DNA from: Vitrella brassicaformis CCMP3155
Taxonomy: Eukaryota; Protista; Chromerida
Direction: 5' to 3'
NCBI GenBank assembly: GCA_001179505.1
Contig: CDMY01000453.1
Coordinates: 10,060-74,059, forward strand
Length of the DNA: 64,000 nucleotides
Both the position numbers and the translations under genes were made by a program. Position 1 is the stretch's first letter. Each line of letters opens with the position of its first letter. A model generated the notes under the pieces. The model did not search any database, was not told the origin of the DNA, and was given only the letters and a program-made list of their open reading frames with translations. Below are positions 1 through 10,170 of the stretch, piece by piece.

Positions 1-61
1 GCCGTCCTGATCCGTCTGTTTCCTCCCTCCCTCTCTCTGATTCCCCATCCCAATGGCTCAC

Positions 62-466
62 CAGCGGGGTACTCGGGGTCGATGCTGACATAGGCCCCTC
101 CCGCCTTGAGGATGGCCAGCATGCAGACGTAGAACTGCCCTCCTCTGGGCAGGAAGACGCCCACCAGGTCGTCAGGACCCACGCCACACGCACGGATGAG
201 GATCGACAGCTCGTTGGCGCGCGCATTGAGCTCCCCATACGTCCACACGATGCCGTCCTCATCACACCTGACACACACATCCACGCACACGCACACCATG
301 CACACGGTGCACGCGCAGATCTGTAGGAGTCCTTTCCCTACTCGACGGCGATGTTGGTGGGGTAGGCAATGGCGGAGTTCTCGAATATGTGGTGGAGTAG
401 CGGTTCCGTTCCGCAGTGCGTGTGCGCCAGACGGGCGAGGTGGCGACTCACACCCGCATCCGCCAT
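62..466 (-). CDS. NRPS-type adenylation (A) domain protein, first two exons (466-342, 267-62); gene continues beyond the left edge
   Basis: Splicing the GT-AG intron 341-268 gives MADAGVSRHLARLAHTHCGTEPLLHHIFENSAIAYPTNIAVECDEDGIVWTYGELNARANELSILIRACGVGPDDLVGVFLPRGGQFYVCMLAILKAGGAYVSIDPEYPA. This contains NRPS core motifs A1 (TYGELNARAN) and A2 (LKAGGAYVSIDPEYP). The next donor GTGAG is at 61. Not in the ORF track. Confidence 0.88.
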
Positions 467-883
467 CGTCACCACTCACCAAATGGCCAACTGCCTTCGA
501 CCGGAGGCCACTAAATCACACCGTCACACCGCGGTGAACGCGGATGACCGGCAGAGGACAGGGAAAGGAAGCAGGGAGCTGAACTCTCAGTCAGAAGAGG
601 GGAAAACAGACGGAATGACTGAGAGAGTGACCGAGCCAGGACTGCCTTCCGGAGAGGTGGCGGGAGGGTAAACCCGCCTAGGGAGGGCCAGGAAGGGCCA
701 GAACAGCTAGAACGACGGAGAAAGGAAGAAAGGGAGCCTAGATCTCTGAGCTCGCAAAAAGGAAGGGTTTAGGACGCGATCCCCTGTGAAACCGCTTCTC
801 CCCCTTCAGTTCCTCCCCCGCCTCTCCTTTTCCCGGTTTCTTCTTCTCAAACCGGAGAAGGAACTGAGCCGAATGCAGCCACA

Positions 884-3130
884 ATGCTGAGTCCGGCGCT
901 TCTGCCACTGATGCGGCTGGTGCGTGTGGCCACCCTGCTGCTGTCGGTTGCGAGCGTCCCCCAGGGCTCGTATGGCACCATCATCCCGCTGCAAACAGTG
1001 AGGGGGGCCGTCAGGGGCCATCTCTGACGGACATCTTCGGTGTTTGTGGTTTGTGGTTTGTGTGCAGGTGTGGCGGTGGGTAGCCGGGTGGTGGCCGCGG
1101 GGGGAGGTCAGCAGGCCGAGCAGGATGCAGAGGAGGCTCATGCAGATGAAGGCGGATGGCAGGACGAAGGGGCCCACATTCTTCCAGCCTATTGCCGGTC
1201 AGCATATATAAAGCCACACACAGAGCAGTGTGTGTGACTCCCTGTTGTGCTCAGATTCCGCTCGTCCGTTTTCGTATGACCCGACATTTCTCGGCCCTGA
1301 TTTGACCTTCACGCCGCTGTCCCGTCCCTCGTCGTTTGCCTGCCGCAATGACTGCCGTGCGTTCAGTACCTGCACCTACTTTGTGTTCGACACAGCGAAA
1401 CAGTTGTGTTGGTTCAAGAGTGACAAGACGGGCGAGATTGGGAGGGCCGGGATGGTCTCGGGAGACGCCAACACAGGTGTGCATGGGATGCATAGGTGCC
1501 CGAGTGATTCACTGCTCTCTCCGTCTGCCTTTCCCAGCGGATACGTGTTTTGAGTATGACACTGTTTATCACGGCGATGAGCTGCCCTTTTCCCCAGGGA
1601 GCCTCCCCTCCCCCCTGTCGCCCTACGCGTGCCAGCAGGCCTGTGGGGCCTCGCCCCTCTGCCAGCACTTTACTACTTTTCACATGACCTCCGGACACAA
1701 TAGTAATAGTGGCAATGTGACGAGGGCGTGCCACTTGTTGAAGACCAGGGACGAGGGGAAGTCCATGACACTGCTAGAGGCCGTGTCTGGGCCCAAAAAA
1801 TGTCCAGGTACGGACACCGGCAGCCCGACTGATGTCAGCCTGCAACCACCATTGTGTCCTCTTGTGTCACAGGAATCGTATTATCGCATATGGAACAGGA
1901 GCCCGTGGTCGTCAATGCATCGTCACGAGAAGCCCTGGAAGGGGAGGCATCAGAGAGCAGTGACGAGGGGTTTGGAGAGTGTGTGACGGATCGCATGTGT
2001 GGGAATCGCATCAAGTGGGAAAGGGAGCTGGGCATACCCAGGAGGTGGACCGCATCGGACTTCCCACCTGGACTTGAGGCCTTCGGTGGCACGGTGAGGA
2101 GAGAAAGACCCAGAGACACGACTGACGGAGGGCATATCGGTGTGTCCTCTTGCAGTACCACATGGTTCTGTACAACACTGATTTGCTGAGTGGCGAGGAG
2201 CCGTGCGCACCGGACTTCACATTCTACTTCTGCAAAGATGGACTCTACCATGTAAACACCACCACTTATCCCTGATGATGCCATGTCTCCCGTCTCACAT
2301 CAGCTGAACCAGACCGCCGCCCACCTGTATTGCGGCGTCGAGGGCAGCGAGTCAATCACGCCAGGATTCGCCGTCAGATTCGCGCCATGCAGAGTGTAAC
2401 TCAGGCCACATACATGCCCATGACACTGATGGTCTCTGTCTCTGCGAATCTGCGTATGTGTCTCGGCGTTCCTCAGCTGTCGTCAGAAGAACTGGTCATC
2501 CTGTTACGATTGGGGCCACTGCGCTCAAGAGGTCGCAGCTTATCAGGGCGGGGGCCACTGCGCTGGCCACCATGAAGTCATACACCTGCAAGGGCGACCT
2601 CAAGGCGATGGGCAAGCTGTGTGACGCGTACGCCGGGGAGGTCTTTTGCTGGGGCATCGACAGCAACCTTATTGAATACGGTGGGTGAAGTGGATAGACA
2701 GGCGCGCCATGACAAGACACTTGCTGGAGTCGGTGCGTTTTGCAGATCCGCTCGACCAGGGAGACGCAAGTGAGGAGCCTGCATGGCACTGCGATAACAC
2801 CTGTCTGTCTGTCTGCGGTGCTTTCTTGCCTGCAGTAGAGCGCACCAAAGCGGTGTGCGCTCGCGCATGTGCCCTCAAATTCTATGGCGGGGCACACCGC
2901 TGCCAAGTGAGTTCAGAGGGAGGGGAAACAGACAAGAGGCGGTGAGTGAGAGATGCCGGCGTATTGTGTGATCTGCAGGGATTTTTGTGGCAGCGTGAGC
3001 ACAGCTACTGCATCCTTGCGCAGGACAAAGAGGTCACATCGCCGAGGGCAGTCGACAAAATGGAGGAGAGAAACATGGACTTCTATGAAAAAGGTCCACA
3101 CGCTGAGATGGCCACCCAACGAGCCGAAGA

Positions 3131-3165
<35 letters not shown>

Positions 3166-3776
3166 CAGTGTGTGATGCGGGTCGGCAGCTGGATCGTCCG
3201 TTGAGGGGTCTGCGCATCCACCCAGCCGACAGGTGGAAATTCTTCAAACAGCTGCAGCAAGAGGTGAGAAAACACGAAAGACATGGTGAGACACAGACAG
3301 ACAGACAGACAGATAGACAAGTGTGATACTTACTGTGTGTCTGTGCTGGCCAGGACGTATCACGGAAGGAGTGCCAGTCGATATGTTGCGAGCATCCCCT
3401 CTGCCGCGTGTGGCTTTACAACAAGAGAGCCAACCAGTGTTTTCTCCGTAAGCAAGCCAGGCCACCGTCTGCGTGTCTCACCTCTCAGCTCACCTCTTTG
3501 TCTGATTCTCCCACAGGCCACGCGCGTGCAGCCGGCCCCCGCATCAGCGATGACCCACACGACGAGGATCTCTGGTTCTGCGCGGAGGCCAACCTGCCGC
3601 CTTCACACGACCGTCCTCGTGGGCAGCACAGACGTCCCCTGCTGCCCCCGTCTTTCCCCTCCCTGTGGCAGTACGATAGAGATTGGGTGGGTGGCGTGTT
3701 TGCACACAAGGCCTTCTTCAGCCGGCCGCAGGGGGCCGCTGCGGGAGGGAGGTGCAGCGTGTCGCTAGGGTGGTGA
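884..3776 (+). CDS. Secreted Cys-rich protein with multiple PAN/apple domains (multi-exon)
   Basis: ATG 884 gives hydrophobic signal-like MLSPALLPLMRLVRVATLLLSVASVPQG. Spliced exons give apple-type patterns CRNDCRAFSTCTYFVFDTAKQLCWFK (1320-1420), CFEYDTVYHGDEL...CQQACGASPLCQHF...CHLLK...AVSGPKKC (1545-1805) and CQSICCEHPLCRVWLYNKRANQCFL (3355-3447). Exon joins around 2400-2570 are uncertain, so it could be two genes. Confidence 0.72.
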
Positions 3777-4173
3777 GACGTGAATGCATTTGTGTCGCTG
3801 TGTGTGTATGTGTCTGTGCGTGTGAGGCGTGTGCATGTGGATGGACTTTTGGAGAGTCCTACTAAGTCCTATACTAGAAAGGATTCGGCAGTGACGGTGG
3901 GGGGGTGGGGGGATGAATGCTTCTCTCTGTTCCATGCTACTCTCCGTCCATCCATCCACCATCCCTGCCCTGTCCACTCGTCCACTCGTCCACACACATG
4001 CTTCTTTCTCGGCCCGCTGGCCATCGGTGTCATTCATGTTGGTTACGTGTCATATCGAAGCCACTCACACTCGAGCTGTGTTCTGTGCACATGGAATCCC
4101 AAACACCCCCTCGCTTGACCGCATACACCCAGACATGCACACACACGCATACACATGTATACATAAACTACAC

Positions 4174-4333
4174 GAATTACATAAACCGTAGGAATTACAC
4201 AAAGCTGCAGGAATTACATAAAACGCTTTTTGAGTCAATGCTATCCCAGTCCCTCACGCTCTCGGTGTTCTATGCACTGCTTATGACATAGAATGAACGA
4301 CTGCACATCTCCAGCGCAGACGAATTACATAAA
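4174..4333. repeat. Four copies of the 12-mer GAATTACA(T/C)AAA in the intergenic gap between convergent genes
   Basis: Copies at 4174-4185, 4192-4203, 4211-4222 and 4322-4333, read directly from the sequence. Confidence 0.85.
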
Positions 4334-4609
4334 GCGCCCCGTCCCCCACCCGCAGACACATGGCGTCGCCTGCACCGAAAGCGCCACCCACCCACCGACC
4401 CACCCCACTTAAACGACCCGGCTACCTGAGTCACTCAACCATATCCGCTCTATCTTGTGTATCACCAAATTTGGGTGCATTTCTGTGTCTCGTACACAAC
4501 ACATGCCCACGCGCTGCACAACCCAATCAGTCGGTCGATCAAAAAAAAGAAAAAAAAACTCTACGGATAGATCACAGACTGTCTGTCTGGTCTATCGGTC
4601 TGTCGCTAC

Positions 4610-6599
4610 TTACACGACCGCCAATGCGCCCAGCACATGGGTGTCATCGATGACGTTGTGGCGGAGGGTCAGGCCGATGCCGTATCGCGACGCCTCGAGC
4701 CGCACTGCCCGAGCGATGACCTCGCACACGCCCATGTGCTGCTGCGGCTGGGCGGCGCCGCCTACGGCGAAGCATCGCAGCGGAGCGAGGCCGGCACCCC
4801 CCACCACACGAACGTTGCCGTGCCTCTCCTGCTGCTGCTGCTGCTGCACCGGCTGGCAGATCACACGCGCTGCGACCGTGACGTACTGGTGCACGGCTTG
4901 GTTGATTCGTGTGCCGATGGGCTCATCGCCGATGGGGATGGGAGGGGGCGGGCTGTCGGTCTGGCTGGTGGGGGCGAGATGGCTGTTGATGATCGTCAGG
5001 ACGTCAGACGGCAGGGCGATGGTGCGGCTGCGGAGGGGGATGGGCTGAGTGAGGGACGCCACGAGGCTGCGGGATGGGCGGAGGGCCTCGTTGATGGTCT
5101 GCAGGGCCAGGCGGGGGATGGACTCGTTGAGGAAGGCACTGTATGCCGTGAGCAGCCTGGGTCTTTCCCCCGGGTGAATGAGCCCCCTCGGTCTTCCGCC
5201 CGGAAGCGCCTGTGTGAGCCCGGCAGTCGCCACAGACGCGCCGTGTTCGAGCAGACCGACGAGGGCTTCGTTAGGGCACTCAGATCGGGCTGCCGCATTC
5301 CTGAGCACCGTGTTGCCCTGGCTGTCGGGCGTGTTGATGTGCCGCGCCGCCCCATACCGATAGAGACGCTCAATGGTCGCATCCGCTCTGTTCCGGTACG
5401 TGCCGTACGTCAGATGAGCTAGAGAGAGGGGCCGGCTGCCGTCATCTCCATAGAAAGAGATGGCAGGCGGCTGAACCGGAGGGACCTGGACGGGTGTGTT
5501 GACGACATCCGCCCCCAGCTTCTCGGCGAAGTAGTCGATGAGCTGCTTCTGCAGCTTCTCTTTTCTCAGTGGCCTTGAGCTGAAGTGATGGATGGGCCGC
5601 CACCCGTCGTCGCCCTTCTCCGACAGCACCGTCACGTCCCGCTCGCCGAGCATCTTGACCACACGCAGCTTGTCGGCAGAGCTCGACTTGCTGCGACACA
5701 CCGCCGCCACCAGGCGGTGTCCGGCAACTGAGATGCCGTCTTGCGGCTCCAGCATGACGTCCAGCACACGCCACTTGCCCTTCACCGCGGCCGTGTGAAC
5801 TGCGCTGTCGCGGTCGCTGTGTCCGGTTGGTGGGAGGATCGGGGCGCCAGCGTCCAGCAGCACCCGCATCACGCCGACGGCCTCGGGCTCGTCCAGGTGC
5901 TCTGCGGCAAGCTGCGGCAGGCTCATGTCGCGGTCGGCCGTACTGGGCCACGCAGTCATGACGAGCTGCTTGGCCTCGGCGCCTCGGTGGATGAGGTCTC
6001 GGGCTGACCCCTCACTGATGGCATTGCAGGCGATGTGGACAACCAGCTGCCTCGTCAGCTGGCTCGCGCCGCGGAAATCGATGACGTTAGGGGTGCCATC
6101 CGACCAAGCACTGGAGGGTCGCCAGATCTTCACTCGGTCCGGGAAGGTGGGGGGCTGGTCGGGCGGCACAGTGGCGTAGAGCGCTGGAGGAGGGGATGAC
6201 CCAAAGACGAACGACTCGGACGGCCCCTGATTGATGGACACACACGCGCACCACAGTTGTTGTGTCTTCTCTGCCTCACTGGTGTGTGGTTGCCTCATCA
6301 CTCACCGTCGGTGCGGAGGCTTCAGCTGGTTTCAGCGACACCCAACCCCTCTTGCCCTCCCACATCCCATATGTGTCCTTGACGAAGACTAGATGAGGCG
6401 TGCCGTCCGCCATCAGCCGCCGCCCTCCTCCCTCTTCGCGGCGCTTGAGCTGTCCGTCGGCTCCGATGATGCCGTAGCTGTAGTTGCACCTCACTACGAA
6501 GTCGCTGCGACTGTACACCCCTTCACGATCCTTCCTGCTTTCGGAAGGGAGGACCACAGACAGAGACCACCTCGGGCAAGTCGGCGACGGGGGACTCAT
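4610..6599 (-). CDS. Ankyrin-repeat protein (short exon 6599-~6306, then one ~1.6-kb exon to 4610)
   Basis: Ankyrin-like units SLPQLAAEH..VMRVLLDAGA, DSAVHTAAVKGKWRVLDVML, GWRPIHHF and NTPDSQGNTVLRNAA..GLLEHGASV in ORF 4610-6301. Donor GTGAGT near 6305, acceptor ...aatcag near 6228. Confidence 0.82.
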
Positions 6600-7191
6600 G
6601 GCGATGGGGTCTCGCGTGCCAAGCACAAGGGCAACTGCAAACACAGATGGAACACAAGCAAGCCGGCCGGGGCAGCTGCAAATGGGGCGGTGGGTGCTCC
6701 TTTGTCTCTCCATTCCCTCACCTGATTCGCCCTCAGCGATGTCAGAGACCTCTACACTAAACAGCGCCAACACACGGGGTCCATTCAGAGGGGTCTCACT
6801 CCACTCGGTCTCACTCCAGCCTGCACGCACATCCGCACAGATGAAGAGTGACGATACGAGGAACGTATCAAAAGGCGAGGGAAGATCTGCTGTGACAATC
6901 GTCCTCATTGTCATAGTCAGCAAGCTCCCTTACGTGTATGTCTGAACAGTGGAGCCAACGTGTGCGTCTCCAGGTCGCCCATGCTTCTGTGAAACAACGG
7001 TATCACTGAAGGAGTAGCATGTAAAGCAGATGAGTAGATTTGATGTGCTGCCTCACTTCCCGCCCCATTTCACCTTTTTCGTCCCCGCTGGAGAGATACC
7101 GGTTTCACGGAATGTCCAAGCGAGCTTCTTGCGGGTCGAAAAACCGCCCAGAGCTTTTCTTCGAGAGCAGAGCCCTCTGCCGTCATCGCTG

Positions 7192-7636
7192 ATGCGCATT
7201 CTGCTTCTTCTTTTCAGTGCAAAGTCACCGGTCGACGTCCGTCATGTCGACTCGAGTCAGCGGCAGCCGTCTGTCGCTGTGGGTGCCAGGCATTCAGCTG
7301 CTCGACGACGCTGAGGCCCACGACCCCTTCATCATCCCGACGAACTACCGCCCTGCCTACAAGCGCACACCTCGGTAAGCAAATGACATCGCATCGCATG
7401 CATTGCATACTTGCACTAGTACACGCTGAAACGTCGTTGAAATATGTATGCATGCATGTGTTGTTTGTCACAACGATAGGCCTGAGGAGGTGCCGATTCC
7501 CCCCATTGTCCGCAAGGCCATGGGGGAGAGCATCCTGGCGATAATCAAGCCGGAGGAGGACGACACGCCCCGAGCCGCTGGCAGCCGCCTCCGCGGGAGG
7601 TTCCTCCGAGGTCAGCGCGAACTCTCAACTGACTGA
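7192..7636 (+). CDS. Small putative secreted protein (3 exons, ~88 aa)
   Basis: Manual splice gives MRILLLLFS/IQLLDDAEAHDPFIIPTNYRPAYKRTPR/PEEVPIPPIVRKAMGESILAIIKPEEDDTPRAAGSRLRGRFLRGQRELSTD*. The second intron (GTAAGC...ATAG) is clean; the first exon is less certain. Confidence 0.5.
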
Positions 7637-8633
7637 TAGTCCAACAAGACCGAGGACAGCGTGTATGAAAAGGGATGCTATGCTGCGGATGATAGAGACG
7701 CGTCAAGACGGTAACACACGACAGACATAGAGAGACACATGACGCAGCGGTCTGCGTGGCTGGATGGCTCATGGATGGATGGATGGATGGATGCGATATC
7801 GGTTTTGGTTCACTTTCTTGGTTTTCTGTCAGCATATGCCTGCCCTTTTGGCGGTGCATGGTTGTCGAACCGTGTACCATATGTGGATGAGTGAGTGGAC
7901 AGTGCATTGATGGATACATGGGCGGACGCACTCGCCAATCGAACGATACAGTCAACAACACTTTATTTGAATCCAGGTTCCTTCATCATACACAACTCAC
8001 GGCATTTGAGGTGGTGGTTTGCTACCTGCTGTCTGCTCTTGGCTTTAACTTTGTTATCCACTGTGAGAGGGATACCCATCGGGTCGATTCCATGTCTCAT
8101 TTTTCACTCAATAGCTGAAAGTCAACGTGTGTATGGCAACTGACGTCTCCCTTTCAAGCCATAAACCAATTGGGACAGTGTGCAGCGACACAACCACTCA
8201 TCAGCAGCGAGAAGAGCTAAGCCAGCTGTGAGTGTGTGTGTGTGTTGCATGCACCATCACACTCAATGTCATCTCCGCTCTGAAGGCCAGCAAGCTTATT
8301 GTACGTATCCCTCACAGATTTGTGCGTGCGGCAAAATCCATCGGCCACTCACTCAAAGGTATGGACCTATATTGCAACACAGGCCACTCATCAGCAAGGG
8401 CAGAAGCAGTACGTACGAGCACAGCGGCCTATCCCCCCTAGAGGGCACACAGCAAGGACATCGACGTATCCTTCCCAAAAGCACACAGACTCAATCGATC
8501 AATCACTCTACCCCAATCACTCTACCCTGCCACCTAACGGTACTGTGGGTAGAGTGCACCCTCCTAGAATAGATGTATGTGTATGTATCGTATGCAGACG
8601 TCAAACATGTGTGTGGTGTGTGCAATTGAGCGT

Positions 8634-10170
8634 TCAGATGTCGGTCTTCATGCGTCTCCGCTGCTCTATGTAGGTCAGATCGCTCTCGTCTTTTCTTTCC
8701 TCGGCCTCTTTCTTCTTCTGGGCTCTCGTGCGAGGTATCACCATCGGGGAGACTTCGGTGACATCGCTGTCGCTCTCATCTCCATGGTAGGAGCTCTCGA
8801 AAGGCAGTCTCTCTTGTGAAATGGCTGTGGATGAGGGGGGATGCATTGGCCGCGGCGCGTGCTCGCCCTCCTGCAAACAAGCGCGAGACACCAAGACGAG
8901 CGACGTGTGTCTGTCTCCCTCCATTCAGGCCTCTGACATTCGTAGCTATCAGGCCACTGACCAGCTTGTGTGATGATGTCTTTCGTTTGACTCTCTTGAT
9001 GTCGGGGTGCTGAAAGGCAAAAAGGCAGCAAGCAAAGAGACAGGCAGACAACGTACGTGGACAGGACTTCTTCAGGGAAGTGCGTTTGTGTATCCAATCC
9101 CATTCACCGTGAAGGCAATCAGTGCTGGGCAGGACATGAGGAGGAAGTCGCACACCCAGGTCCGCTTGGAGATCAGCAGCACAGCCGACACCCATATGGT
9201 GCGAATCACCGGGGCCGTGAACAGCCTGTAAGTAGGAGCCAAGCAGAAGAACAAACAGCATGGTACATCCATCTCGCTGCGTGTGCCGAAGGATGCCCAA
9301 CCGGTGCATGAGGGCGAGGCCGGCGGAGAGATACCACTTCGACACCAGCACATGGTCAAATTTCTGACATACAAAGTAGGAAAATGAGGTTATCGTCTTT
9401 GTTCTTGCCCACGGGCTCGGCTGACCAGTATGAAGACGAGCAAAAAGTAGATGCACCAGCTGTCCCACAGCGCCAAGAAAGTGTACCCGAGGATGTCCTT
9501 CAGGCGCCAATACAGCAACATCACTCGTTTCTCGGCAGCAGTGTGTGTCTCCTCCGCTATCCGCTTGGCGAAACAGAAGCGCAAGAAGAGCGGCACGGGC
9601 ACGGCCAGAAGCACCGACCACAATGACGCGAAAAATACTGCCAAGTCGAGACAGACAGAGACATACATGAATGACCGAATGACAGCAGTGTGTCGCACAT
9701 AGATTGCTGGGCTGTGCGTCTGTCTCACCGTGCCAGCTCGGTATAAAGGGGTTGCCCAGCGGGAAACACACGTCAGCTGTACGTACCGAGGCAAATTTCA
9801 TCTTAATTACAGTGTATATATGGTCTGTGCTCATTGGTGGGTCGACTACGTTACGTACGTGATGGCTGGAATGCGCATTGTGCGTTGAAGAAGAGAGACG
9901 AAATGAAGAGCTCCGTGAGGATACCCGACAACTCGACCGAATACCGCTGCGTCCTGCATTATTAACGAAAAGGCCTCTGATGATCTCGATGTGCCGTGCG
10001 TCTGTTCACTCACTCACCGTGAGATGATGGGGTCATACGGTAGGACCTTGGGCACTGAATTCATCCACAGACAGGTAGATGAGACACATTCATTCATGTA
10101 TGAGGCACGCGTGTAGCCAGCCGTACGTGGGTGTTCTCGGATGGCCACTGTTGTGACGAGCTTTCTCGGC
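8634..10170 (-). CDS. C-terminal multi-pass membrane region of the PKD1-like gene
   Basis: Spliced WGPRKLVTTVAIREHPLPKVLPYDPIISRTQRYSVELSGILTELFISSLFF resembles the polycystin-1-type 'H(P/W)...(F)TRxQR...L...' segment that precedes the TM bundle. It is followed by hydrophobic exons (VFFASLWSVLLAVPVPLFL, LGYTFLALWDSWCIYFLLVFIL, APVIRTIWVSAVLLI) and a charged tail ending RRRMKTDI*. Confidence 0.62.

Noticed and set aside
4637-5422. 261-aa plus-strand ORF opposite the ankyrin gene (likewise long antisense ORFs at 10422-11862, 18486-19283 and 20032-20814)
   Set aside because: Antisense shadows of GC-rich coding exons; no domain signal and no splice context of their own.
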